DNA of 64,000 nt from Diplonema japonicum (taxonomy: Eukaryota > Protista > Euglenozoa: Diplonemea). Under the pieces are notes generated by a model. It did no database searches, had not been told where the DNA came from, and saw nothing but the letters and a program-made list of their open reading frames with translations. The DNA lies in NCBI GenBank assembly GCA_964019335.1, contig OZ025741.1:62001-126000 (forward strand). Direction: 5' to 3'. Positions 33,398 to 43,946 of the stretch are shown here, piece by piece. Position numbers and translations under genes: made by a program. How positions within the stretch are numbered: position 1 is the first letter of the stretch; every line of letters begins with the position of its first letter.

Positions 33398-35260
33398 TCA
33401 AGTAGATGGAGCGGGTACAGAAGTAGCCGTTGGTTGAGGAGGTGCAGGGGGGGCCGGTGTAGGCTTCCTTGCTGGGATGAAGATCTGTGGGGCTGGTTTG
33501 GCACGGGAAGCAACCTTGTTGTACGCCTCTTTGTTCCAGCGAACCGCGAGGTTCCTGCTGACGATCTCCTTGGCGATGCTGGTCCGGCGCTGCTGCTTGG
33601 CTCGCTCACGAGACAACGAAACGAAGGACTGCAGGTTGGCCAACCCCCCCGTGAACCTCCTGGTCGGGCTGGGAACATGGTCGAGCGTCGTGATCTCAAT
33701 ACACGGCTGACTGAAAACAACGGACAAATTCTCATCTTCCTCAAGGGAAGGGCTTATATCTAATGTGGGAGACGTGACAGGGCTGCGCAACACAGACGGC
33801 GACAACAATGAAGAATGCGCCCAGCACCGTGGACAATTCTTAAGCTCCATTGAACCTGGTACAACATCGGCCTGTTTCTTCTTCTCCTTCTCTTGGACCT
33901 TTCTAAGCCATTCTGGTGTCGGTGGAGGGACGTACTTGGCCGTCGCGTAACGGTCATGGCGGACCTTTTCACGCAGCCTTCTCCGCTGCTCGCCAAGCCC
34001 GCAGAAGTACTCCCGTTCCCAATCGCTGTTCGGGTTCACAGCATATTGGTGCTCGTTGTCCACGGCCTCTAGAGGGATCGCGAAACGGTTTATATTATTG
34101 TGGATAAGCTTACCGGTGCCGCCTTGTTCAACTGGCAAGGTGTCCTTGCAGAACATATCCCTCGCAACGCGTTTGGAAGCGTTGTCAGTGATACCTATAA
34201 ACGTGAACTTGACAGCAACTGGGTACCGCTCTTCGACAAACCCGTACAGCTCCCGTGCTACGTAATGCGGGTCGCCGGAGTACACACACCGTCGTGTGGT
34301 GATGATGTCGATGAGGAGGCCGTAGCGGTGTTGTGAGCGGATAGACTCCTTGATCTCCCGCCGGGTAGTCGGTCTGTCGGACTCGGCTGCTCGGATTATC
34401 ATTTTAACCCCCCGCGACGCCATTAGCTTTGTAATGGTACGTTTGCCTCGTTCCAAACTTGTTTTGAGCTGCTCGCGCTCGGATTCTGTGTGGACCTCCA
34501 CGGTGATGTAAAGCCACGTTAACGGAGCACCGTCTTCACCGCTTCTGACCATTTGCGTCCAGTCGCTTGGAAAGCTTGGAGGAGCTACGTCGGGGAGCCT
34601 GGCGGTTGGGAAGACCCCCTCCATAGACGTCAGATGGCTCTGCAGCTTCTTCGACTCGTACGCGAACTTCTCCTTCGTGAATTTCGGTTGCGATAGTTTT
34701 TGAACGTGTTGCCCTTGCACCTCAACCTTTGCTTTCCCCGCTTCGACCATATGCCAGTACTCCGCGCATAGGTCTTGCAAGACGTAATGCGACGTTATTG
34801 TTACGTTTTCAGGCCATTTTACCAATGAGGGTGCGATGCCATAGGTAGTCGAGACGAGTTCTTCCGTGTTGCTTTTCAACACCCATTTCTGTGTCTCTTG
34901 TCGAAAGAAAATCGCGTGGTTGCTGTTGTTAAGGAACAGGGTTTTTCCTCCGAATTTTCCGGTTGGCCGGTAGATACCTTGTTGGAACCAAGAGTGCTCG
35001 GGTGTATCGGCGATAACCTTCAAAGGGAGGCTGTCTATGCAGATATAAACGAGCTTCAGCTGGGACTTCTCGGCGGAGTTACCGAGCTTCTCTGTGTGAA
35101 CCTTTAGTGTGCAGTGCTTTACGGACTCCCTTATGCTTTCGGTGATGTCAGACCATTTCCCTTGCCGTCCCCTGACGGCCTTTAGAACGACTCCAACATC
35201 AGATAGTTCAATTGACTCGCCGTTTCTCACTTGCACCCGTTGTAGGCCTAAGATTTGCAT
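33398..35260 (-). CDS. Hypothetical protein (~620 aa)
   Basis: Long intronless ORF with coding-like composition; no family recognised. Confidence 0.7.
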   Translation of the reverse strand: MQILGLQRVQVRNGESIELSDVGVVLKAVRGRQGKWSDITESIRESVKHCTLKVHTEKLGNSAEKSQLKLVYICIDSLPLKVIADTPEHSWFQQGIYRPTGKFGGKTLFLNNSNHAIFFRQETQKWVLKSNTEELVSTTYGIAPSLVKWPENVTITSHYVLQDLCAEYWHMVEAGKAKVEVQGQHVQKLSQPKFTKEKFAYESKKLQSHLTSMEGVFPTARLPDVAPPSFPSDWTQMVRSGEDGAPLTWLYITVEVHTESEREQLKTSLERGKRTITKLMASRGVKMIIRAAESDRPTTRREIKESIRSQHRYGLLIDIITTRRCVYSGDPHYVARELYGFVEERYPVAVKFTFIGITDNASKRVARDMFCKDTLPVEQGGTGKLIHNNINRFAIPLEAVDNEHQYAVNPNSDWEREYFCGLGEQRRRLREKVRHDRYATAKYVPPPTPEWLRKVQEKEKKKQADVVPGSMELKNCPRCWAHSSLLSPSVLRSPVTSPTLDISPSLEEDENLSVVFSQPCIEITTLDHVPSPTRRFTGGLANLQSFVSLSRERAKQQRRTSIAKEIVSRNLAVRWNKEAYNKVASRAKPAPQIFIPARKPTPAPPAPPQPTATSVPAPST

Positions 35261-35603
35261 TGCGGAAGCCTTTTTTTTTTTTTTTTTTTTTTCTTTTGTG
35301 TTTAGCAAGTACTGCTCAGGCGAACAATAAAAAAAGAGGGAGGATTAAAAAGAATATAATTAGTTTGGGGGTTTAGTGTAGGGGGGGGGGGTTCATTTTG
35401 TTATTTTTTTTTTAACTTTGATGGGAAAAGAAGTACAAGCAACGACCCACCAAAATAATAATAAAAAAAAGAATTCTTCTTTTTTTTTCTTTCTTTCTTC
35501 TACTTGTTCCCTTTTTTTCTCTTTTTCTCCTTTTTTTTTAAAAAATAAAAAAATGCTTTCACTTGCCGGGTAGAAACCTGGAGAAGCTTCTTCTTGAGGG
35601 GGG

Positions 35604-35806
35604 ATTTCACTTAATACCCAAAAAAGTCCAAAAATTCACAGTTTCCAATACCAAACAGTATACTGATTTATTTTAATAGGCCCTGAGTGGGGAGGCCATT
35701 CTTGCCAAAGCTGTGTGCACGAGGCAGCGCAAATAAAAGAAAAATTGTAAACTATTTTAAAAACAATAACATTTTCTTTTTCTTTTTCCCCTGTATTAAG
35801 TGAAAT
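35604..35806. mobile_element. 203-bp MITE-like element
   Basis: Perfect 14-bp terminal inverted repeat ATTTCACTTAATAC / GTATTAAGTGAAAT; AT-rich interior; no clear TSD. Confidence 0.6.
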
Positions 35807-36219
35807 ACATAAAAGTTCTAAACAAAAAAATATTTATGAGTTAAAGGGTGTCTCATCTCCTACCTGCACCTATCCCCATTCAGCAGCGGTTTCTCCTCTT
35901 TTGGTGGTCTTGCCGGCCTTCTCCCCAGCCTGACCGCTTCAAAAAGGGGGGGGAACTATTTTCTGTTTGTTAGAGCATTCTTTTTCTTCTTGCTCGTGGA
36001 CGGAGGGTTTCTTATTTTTTTTTTTTCTTTTTTTTTTTTTATAAAGCCGAAACTAAAGGAATTGCACGTGCCGGGGCAGATACCAAGTTGAGAAGTCTAA
36101 AAACCCATATCCGAGTAACGCAGGCAACATTCCCCTTTGTTCACAAGTCGGAAGAAAGAAAGAAAAAAAAAAAAAGGCGCGTTTTGCAGGAAAAACAAAA
36201 GAAATAGTCGGTTTTAACA

Positions 36220-36252
<33 letters not shown>

Positions 36253-37128
36253 AGCGGCATGTGGCACCGTCCTTGCTAAAAAGTGATACCTTAATCCTAA
36301 CCAGTTTTTTTTTCTCCCTTTCTTTTTACGTATCAGTGAATTGTGGTTTTGCATCCCTACGCGATATATCGAAAGTTGGCCGTCTGATAAACCTTTCTAA
36401 CTCTCGATCTTTAGGAGGCTGAAAGTCCCCCCCCCACTCACACAAACCCTCCCATTCACGTAGTAATACGTCGGGTAAAAACAATTTTCAGATCTCGGTT
36501 TCATTTCACACTTTTAGCTGGACGAGCGTCGTGTAAAAAAAAAAAAAAAAAAAAAAAATGCTGTGGGTCGTTCTAAGGCGTCCCCCCCTTGTTCCCATCA
36601 CCTTGGTTTGATAGGCAAAAATTCTTCTTTCTTTCTTTCTTTCTTTCTTTCTTTGAGAAAAAAACAAGGGGCGGAGGGGCGGGGGCTAGTTTTTCTCTTC
36701 CCCCCCCCCCCCCCCGTAAGACCCGGGTGTGCGGTAACTGCTTTTTTTTAAAAAAATAACTGGTTAGGGTACATAGTACCCCCCTGAGCTTTATTGCCCC
36801 CCTCCCCTAACTTAAGGAAACGCCTTCAGAGGAAACGGCCCCAAAGTTAGGATTAGAAACGGGGAAACGTTTCCGTTTTCCTTAAATTTAAAAAAAAAAG
36901 GTGCTTGGAAACGCGTTTCTTGCCAGCATAGTCCCGCCCCCCCCCCCCCCCCCCCACCCGATAAAAAATGCTTAGCGTTCAGATCTGTATGAATGAGCAT
37001 TTCTTTTGTTGTGACTTTTTCACGCCAAAGCAATATTGTTAAAAGGAAGGGGAGGAAGGGAAAAAAAAAAAAAAAAACGCATGGAGGGTATGAGATAGCC
37101 ATCAACAATAAAAACACCCCCACACAAA

Positions 37129-37854
37129 CTACTCCTGTTCGAAGCCACGCTTCACAACATCACACGAGGTTACGCTGTCAGAAGGGGACCGCAAGATCAC
37201 GAACGGGTGCAGCAAGGTGGAGGGGGGAAATGTCAAGTGCTCTGGGAACTTAATCCTGCCCCGCTTCTCCCCGTTGATGGTAACCGTAACGTGCCGCCGT
37301 GTGCAATCAACCACAAGTCGGAGATCGGCTCTGTGATACAGGTCTAGACGGCACAATTCCACATTCGTTTCATCATCGAAAGAAACATGGCCATCAAGTT
37401 CAAATATCACATTTCTGCCAAGATGCTGGAAGGGGTAGTCGTTGCTTACGAAGTCCTTCATGTCTATGAAGCCCACCATGTACCTGTCGTCCATGGTGGA
37501 TGAGGTCTTCGTTTGCCGGAAAACAACATCGAGAGCGAAGCATGGGGTCGTCCCCACCCTAACCCCCCTGCTCCAGACTGCTGGGTACGCGCTGTTGAAA
37601 CATCCCACCACCTCCACCGTTTCCTCGCCTGCGAGGTGCATTCTTGGATGGTCCACAACCCATCTCTGGGTGCCGTACTCCTGCACTATTTTGCACACGT
37701 CTATGGGTAGCTTCTCGCACCACACCAACAACGCCAGCCACCTTACGCGGTTGTCCATTGCCTCGAACACCCCGTCTTCCTCATCGCTGTCGCTTACATT
37801 GTCTTCGAAATTGAGTATCTTCATGGAAGTAGGCTGATGTATCGTGTCGGCCAT
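37129..37854 (-). CDS. Hypothetical protein, possible SPRY/concanavalin-like beta-sandwich
   Basis: 241-aa ORF; YMVGF, LRLVVDCTRRHVTVTING, LHPFVIL pattern. Confidence 0.55.
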   Translation of the reverse strand: MADTIHQPTSMKILNFEDNVSDSDEEDGVFEAMDNRVRWLALLVWCEKLPIDVCKIVQEYGTQRWVVDHPRMHLAGEETVEVVGCFNSAYPAVWSRGVRVGTTPCFALDVVFRQTKTSSTMDDRYMVGFIDMKDFVSNDYPFQHLGRNVIFELDGHVSFDDETNVELCRLDLYHRADLRLVVDCTRRHVTVTINGEKRGRIKFPEHLTFPPSTLLHPFVILRSPSDSVTSCDVVKRGFEQE

Positions 37855-37993
37855 GTTCCTCCTCCTCCTCCCCCCTCTCTTGTAATCTTTGGGGTAAGGG
37901 TGTAAGTGTTGGAAGGAAAAAAAAAAAAGACACCACTTTGAAAATTACTTTTTTTTTTTTTTTTTTTTTTTTTTGCCTGCCTGGAAAGGGAGG

Positions 37994-39898
37994 TTACCTG
38001 ACCGGGTCCTTTGACGTGAGCACCCTTGGTATCGCTGTCGGTATTCCGCTCGTGAACAGGGGGGTGAGATCGACGACGTTTGCCGCCACTGATGCCGCAG
38101 GTTCATCAGGGGGGCAAACCCTCGGAGCAGCCCGCTTCGCACGCAACGAGCAATCCGCTTGTTTTGGAGGCCGTGGCTTTTTCCACAGCTGCTCGTGCTC
38201 GGTACTGGACGGTGGCGGCGGTGTGCTATCGCTGTCAGGCACATGCGGCCATGGGTTCGGTGCATCATTTTCAACATCCAAAACTGGGTGTGGTGGCGGC
38301 GGCGGGGGTGGCTCCTGAACCGGGGGTTTAAATCTAAACCAGTATTTCTCACTTTTCTTCACATCCGGCTTCTTCCTCGGGAAGATCGGGGGCTTCGTGG
38401 ACAGCCTCCCCGCGTCCCCCGACACCTTATCGAACTGCACCTGAAGCTTCTCGATCACACTCAGCACAGCTTCCTTCCCGCCGCATGGCTTCTTTAAGAT
38501 ATCCCCAAACCTCGGCGAATCTAAATTCAAAATCTGGACGTGTTTTGAAGCTTTGCTCGATACGCTGGTCCGTCTGCTCGATTCTGGTGTGTACTTGGCG
38601 GATATGTTGTTATTAGAGTATTCCCGCTGGTGGGACGTTCGCTTCCGTAACATAGTTTTCAGCGAGGACATCTCAGTGGCGTACGACTCTGGGTCCTGTA
38701 TGCGTCGGGTCTGTGCTTCGTGCAGCTCGTTCTGAAGCTCAGCTATCTTAGCCCTCAACGTCTCGCGCATGTTGAGGGAATCAGCTACCTGTCGTGTCCT
38801 TGACTGCCACCCATCGTTCATCCATTGGTAGGTGGTAGCTGATTCCTTCACGAGCTTTGCAAGCTCCACCTCTACATGGGTGCCTGTCACGTCCTCTTCC
38901 GTCACTCGTTTTACAAACTGCTGCATCCCTCTGTTGTTGTCAGGGCTGTCCAGGCAGCCGCTCAGTGTTTCATTCGGCAGTACGTCCGCGCAGTCCGCAG
39001 GCTGTTCGAAGGTCATCACGTGCGTCACCGCCGCCATCTTCATGATGTCCGCGTGCTTCATCCCCTCCTTCTTGTTCACCAGGTAGTGCACGGTGCCGCA
39101 CAGCGCAGCGACCATCCCTTCGTCCTCGGTGGTGTAGGCTGCCTTTTTGCCGTGTTTGTTGAGGAACATCATGACGCCCCCAATTCTTGCGCGTCCGGTG
39201 TAGTGCGACGGCTTGAGCGGGAGACAGAGGAGGTTGTTGGCGTTGAGCTCCTTCATCCACACACTATCTAGGTCGGTACTGTTCGCGTTGAGGCCGATAC
39301 CGCCAGAGTACACGGCATTGGCGATGAAAGACTTGGTGACTCTTGGGAGGGACGAGGTGTTTGCCTCTGCGGTCGCAACGCTGACCAGCCCCGATTGGCA
39401 CCCGATCTCCGTGAGAAGCAAGACGCCCTGAGAAGAGGACAGGCTGCGCGTAGTGTACTCAACAAGACATCCAAGAATATCAAGAAGGGGCACGCCTGTT
39501 ATAGACTGCGACGTCGCTCCTTGCTGTTGCGCCCGCTTCGGTTCCAAAAAGTTCTGCGCGTACGCATCCTCTTCAGGAGAGAGGTACTGCTGCAGGTACG
39601 CCGTCTCCACACGGTCATTAAAATCTGACGCGACTTTCCTGTTGGGGTGGATGACCTCTTTCTTGGGATCTCCCTCAGGCTCGATCCCCAAAAGCAACTC
39701 CTTCAACCCCTCCTCTGTCTGCTGTATCACGGTGTTCAGGGCGCACAACGTGTCTCTGAAATGGCGTGTTTGCTCCGAGGTGTGCATGACGCAGGTCTGT
39801 AGCAACCTGACAAGACTCGAAAAAGACGAATCAAGGTGCATGATCAACGCAGACGACACGCCTTCCTTCGGCAGCATCGTAGGCCTGTGGTGCAACAT
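37994..39898 (-). CDS. GAF-domain / coiled-coil protein
   Basis: NNLLCLPL...IGGVMMFLNK....YTTEDE GAF motif, then coiled coil and Pro-rich tail; ends may be spliced. Confidence 0.7.
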   Translation of the reverse strand: MLHHRPTMLPKEGVSSALIMHLDSSFSSLVRLLQTCVMHTSEQTRHFRDTLCALNTVIQQTEEGLKELLLGIEPEGDPKKEVIHPNRKVASDFNDRVETAYLQQYLSPEEDAYAQNFLEPKRAQQQGATSQSITGVPLLDILGCLVEYTTRSLSSSQGVLLLTEIGCQSGLVSVATAEANTSSLPRVTKSFIANAVYSGGIGLNANSTDLDSVWMKELNANNLLCLPLKPSHYTGRARIGGVMMFLNKHGKKAAYTTEDEGMVAALCGTVHYLVNKKEGMKHADIMKMAAVTHVMTFEQPADCADVLPNETLSGCLDSPDNNRGMQQFVKRVTEEDVTGTHVEVELAKLVKESATTYQWMNDGWQSRTRQVADSLNMRETLRAKIAELQNELHEAQTRRIQDPESYATEMSSLKTMLRKRTSHQREYSNNNISAKYTPESSRRTSVSSKASKHVQILNLDSPRFGDILKKPCGGKEAVLSVIEKLQVQFDKVSGDAGRLSTKPPIFPRKKPDVKKSEKYWFRFKPPVQEPPPPPPPHPVLDVENDAPNPWPHVPDSDSTPPPPSSTEHEQLWKKPRPPKQADCSLRAKRAAPRVCPPDEPAASVAANVVDLTPLFTSGIPTAIPRVLTSKDPVR

Positions 39899-39927
39899 TG
39901 ATAGTCACAGGGTGTAAGGCAAAAAAT

Positions 39928-39960
<33 letters not shown>

Positions 39961-40014
39961 CAGACAGAAAAAAAAAAAATAAAGGGTGGGGGGGACGGGT
40001 GGGGTCGTATTATA

Positions 40015-41487
40015 CTACAAGGCAACCGATGCCTTCCTGAACTTGCTGCAGATCTCTTGCGTGGTCAGCTTGGTGATCTTCTCAGGGGAGACGACGTGCC
40101 GGAGAAGCCTCGTCCTGAGAGAAGAGTTCTTGGCCTTCAGCTCCGCACGGATAACCTTTATATAAGAGTGGTACGCCTCTGTCTTCCCACCCTTTTCCTT
40201 AAACAGACACTCTTCGATGCCACATGCGATGAGGTAAGGGTTCCAGATAGGTGGTGCGGCTGACACACCAAGGTTTTGGAGTTTTGCAGTGACAGACTGA
40301 GATGGAGGAGTTATAGTCTTGTCGATTATGGGGTGGAGAGGGTGTTCTGCTGAGATATCCTTGGAACTCCACAAGTACTCGCCTTCGGGTTCTGAAGAGT
40401 TCACAGAACTGTCGTCGTAGTCGTCGTCGTCTTCCTCTTCCTCGTTGGGCTCGAGGATCTTCGGTTTTGGGTATGTCATCCACCGCTCCCACTCCGTGTC
40501 TGCTACCTCTTTGTTGTAATCCTGCAGCTCGACGAGGACAGCATCGGCTGTGTTGAGGCTGCAGTCCCCTGTGTCCACCCATTCCCGTGCTGCAGATTTT
40601 GTAGCATTTGTTGATTTTTCAGTTGAAACCCGTTGGTTCTCTTGAAGAGATTTTAACACGTCTTCCGCTTTGTGTGTGCTGCACACCACAACAGGAGTAT
40701 CTGGTGTTTTTGGCATCGTTGTTGGTTCTCCTTCGCCGGCGACGAGTTCTTGTTTCTGAACCTCGTTGGGCGAGAAGGGAAGCGAGGCGGTGGATGAATT
40801 GATGAGATTATCATAGAGCCGCATTCTACATGCTAGCCTTGACCTGTCGCTGTAGTCGTATGCTAAGGGGTTCACTTCTGGGACAGGCGACTCGATTCGC
40901 TGTTTTTTTGCTATAGGTAGGTCCTTTGGTGTTGCTCTATTGACGGCCTTTGCTATAGGGTCGGCTTGGCGTGTGAGGACGGAGGAGATCTCTTTATCCC
41001 GTACGTATGCACCGCCGTTGCGCCAGTCTTGGAATTTGGTTCGGAGTTTTCCTTTGGTCATCTTCCCGCCTGTGAAGCTCGTCCGCATGACACAGTACTC
41101 CAGCATTGCGTGGAAGAATGTATCTTCTTTGACGAGAGTTCCTTTGCTGTCCTTGGGCTGCCATTCGTGCCACCAGTCCTTTGCTTTGTTGCACGCTTGG
41201 AACCACTTGGACGATATCGGTCCCCTGTTGTCCCATGTGAAGGCAGGAAGTCCCGCTCGCTTGTTCAGAGTGTGTCGGCCCTTCATCGTCTGGTTGTGTT
41301 GGGTTTCTTTTTATTTTTTGATTTGCTGTTGTGCTCATACCTTCCAGTCGATTTCGACCTGCGACACCCACTTATCTACGGTTTCGTAGAATTTCTTGGC
41401 CTGCGGCAATGTAATCTGCCCCCTGTCCACCCCCGTTTTGACGTCCTGCAGCGTCTTGCACCCGAATACATTGCTCAACGCGGACAT
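40015..41487 (-). CDS. Protein with C-terminal TFIIS central (TFIIS_M)-like domain; intron 41290-41340
   Basis: IACGIEECLF...Y...IRAELKAKNSSLRTRLL..VSPEKITKLTTQEI; upstream exon MSALSNVFG...IDWK joined by a 51-nt GT-AG intron. Confidence 0.7.
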
Positions 41488-41707
41488 TTTTTATTCCTTG
41501 TTTACCCCTCCCCCCGCCCTTCCCTCTCCTTTTTGTGGTTTGTTGTTGTCTTTCAAAAAAAAGAAAATAGTTGAACATTTGTTTTTATATATTAATTTTC
41601 TCCCCCCTTTTTCTTCTTCTTCCTTCTTCTTCTGGTGGGGTTAGACAAAGTAAAAGAAAAAGAAGAAGAAGAAAAGAGCGAGAAAAATATTACAATCCCA
41701 TCCCCCC

Positions 41708-42382
41708 TCAATTCAGCTTTGCTTGTTTCCACGTTCGCTTCCAATCAGGTTTTGTTTGAATGTGCCCCCTTCGTACGTATTTTGCAGTCAACCTGTCGAA
41801 GTCCTTGCAAGGGATCGCGCCTGAAGAACGCAATACGAATCCTTCACGGACCCCGCCTAGCAAGCTAGGTTTACCTGCTTCGTTGTTCATAAATTTCTCA
41901 ACCTGCTCCATGGCAGTGAAGTTCCCTCTGTGGAGGATGGGGACAATGGGGATCGGGATGCTAGTTGCCTCCTCGATATCAGCAACAAGCTGGGCCATTG
42001 CGTCCCAAGAAAGCCATGTCTGAGCAACATCGTCTCGAACCGCAAAAAGGTAAAAAAAGCTTTTTAGACCGGAATACTCTATTGAATGCATGCCTTGTAA
42101 GTTTTCCCCGAAGAGGCTTAACCCTTCAAGCAGCTCTGTGTAGCTGAACTGGCTGTAGAAACCCTTCACCCAGTCAAACGAGCCATGGGTGGCTTCTTGG
42201 TTGTGGGTTCTCGCGAAAACCTTTCCGCTTGTCAAGCAGCAGTTCCCGCCGTCGATTTTTTCCGTGATGATGCAGTCGATGTTCAGCAAAGGGTCGGTGG
42301 CAGTGTCGGTGCGGGTGATATCGTCACTTGCAACCTGGGGGGAGAAGGAAAGGTGCGGTGTACGGGGGTATTCATCTGTCAT
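41708..42382 (-). CDS. ATP-dependent RNA ligase family protein (PF09414-like)
   Basis: YPRTPHL, motif I TEKIDGGN, FGENL..HSIEY, FYLFAV, REGFVLR, AKYVR.GHIQT. Confidence 0.85.
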   Translation of the reverse strand: MTDEYPRTPHLSFSPQVASDDITRTDTATDPLLNIDCIITEKIDGGNCCLTSGKVFARTHNQEATHGSFDWVKGFYSQFSYTELLEGLSLFGENLQGMHSIEYSGLKSFFYLFAVRDDVAQTWLSWDAMAQLVADIEEATSIPIPIVPILHRGNFTAMEQVEKFMNNEAGKPSLLGGVREGFVLRSSGAIPCKDFDRLTAKYVRRGHIQTKPDWKRTWKQAKLN

Positions 42383-42404
42383 TTGGGGTGAAAACCTGGA
42401 GGGG

Positions 42405-42451
<47 letters not shown>

Positions 42452-42497
42452 GAGGGAGGAAAAAAAGAGAGAGAAAAAAGGGGAAAAAATAGTCAAC

Positions 42498-42782
42498 TTA
42501 CAAACCACCGGTGGGGTGGAATGTTAGCGTCCTGAAGTTTGTCACCGAGGTACTTTTTCCGGTCACCTCGCGTGTCCCCCCGTCTACAGTCAGTATCCCC
42601 TGAGGGTTGGCATTGCAGACCACCTTTCTTCCGTTTTTCATAATCGAGCACCCAAGAGATCTGTTTGTTAGGGATTTAGAAAAAAAAAAAAAAAAAGAAA
42701 AGAAAAAAAAAATGTCGTACCCCAAAGACACCGTTTCTGCAGTTGCCGCTGCCATTGCGGGCTGTGTAGCTGTGTCACTCAT
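42498..42782 (-). CDS. Small two-exon ORF (intron 42661-42720), or upstream exons of the RNA ligase gene
   Basis: 60-nt GT-AG intron; GTAAG donor at 42501 could splice in frame to the acceptor at 42396. Confidence 0.4.
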   Translation of the reverse strand: MSDTATQPAMAAATAETVSLGYDIFFFFSFFFFFSKSLTNRSLGCSIMKNGRKVVCNANPQGILTVDGGTREVTGKSTSVTNFRTLTFHPTGGL

Positions 42783-43275
42783 TTTCGCCTTTCTTTTTTC
42801 TCTCTGTTTTTTCTTCTTTTTTTATTTAAACCGTGTAAACCTGAGAAACACTGTATTCCCTCCCCCCAGAAAATTATAAAAGAAAGCTTTATAAAAGAAA
42901 TTAGAGGAAGACAAGCATGAGGGAGAAAAAAGAAATAATAATAGGATTCGAAAAGATGAAGAAAGGGGATCTTTTCGTTCTGTAAAAGACGGAGAAATGA
43001 AAAAGGGGAAAAAAAAAAGGAAAAAAAAAGAGTCGGTTGATTACTGTTTTTGTGCACAGCCGGGGTTAACCTGTAGAAGGATAAGCCCAACAATGCTACC
43101 ACTACTCTTTTTTTAAAGCAAATAAATGTGTTTTTTTTTTTTAAAAAAGAAAGTGTGTGGATGGGAAGCACACGGCGGGCCTCCTTTTACACACCGTTTT
43201 CAAAAAAAGAAGAAAAAAAAAGAGTGAAAATCTTCACTGAAATCACAATGTTAAATAAATATTTTTTTTGGAAGA

Positions 43276-43746
43276 TCACTTCCCTGTGCCAGTCGGAAAG
43301 CCGTCCTGCGGCCCATGGATGACACGGCTATCCACCACTGTGTCGTTAATGCTCGCGTTCCTGATCTTCATGTAGCCCTCAGGATCGAAGGTCCAGTGCT
43401 CGTTCCCATAAGCCCGGATGAGCTGCCCTTCTTGGTTTGTGTATTCATATTGAAAGGTGACTGCTATCTTGTTGTCGGTGTGTGTGAAGTAGTGCTTCAC
43501 AAGCTTGTAGTCTTTTTCCCTCTCCCACTTCCCTTTCAGGAATTGCCGCACCGCTTCCCGTCCCTTTAAGAACGTGTCCCTGTTCCTCCACTCTGTGTCC
43601 TCGCTGTACGCCATCGCGATCTTTGCTGGGTCGCGTGAGTTCCATGCGTCCTCAGCTGCCTGCACCTTCTTCCTGGCAGTCTCTTCAGTAAACGGTGGAA
43701 GAGGGTGCCTCAGCACAGGAGCTTCCTTCGCTGGTGTGTTACTCAT
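43276..43746 (-). CDS. DUF1348 / SnoaL-like (NTF2-fold) protein, copy 1
   Basis: PLPPFTEETARKKVQAAEDAWNSRDP, WRNR, KWERE.DY.L.K, YGNEHWTFD, RNASIND. Confidence 0.88.
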   Translation of the reverse strand: MSNTPAKEAPVLRHPLPPFTEETARKKVQAAEDAWNSRDPAKIAMAYSEDTEWRNRDTFLKGREAVRQFLKGKWEREKDYKLVKHYFTHTDNKIAVTFQYEYTNQEGQLIRAYGNEHWTFDPEGYMKIRNASINDTVVDSRVIHGPQDGFPTGTGK

Positions 43747-43946
43747 TTTTCTTTTTTCTTTTAAATAACTTCGGGGGGGGGGGGGGGGAGGTTTTTTTTC
43801 CCAGCAAGAATCAATAGGGGAAACGGGAAAATAAATAAATAAAAAAAATATAAGAAAGAAGCAGGTCTTTGCAAGACAATCACCTACAAGTGTTAAGAAC
43901 GGTAGTTTTCTTTAAAAAAGGTAAAAAAAAAGAAATTAAAATTTAA

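Noticed and set aside
36330-36530. Possible snRNA/snoRNA in the gene-free 35.3-37.1 kb stretch (weak U2-like words)
   Set aside because: No intact branch-pairing region, Sm site or C/D box pair recognisable; needs an Infernal/Rfam search
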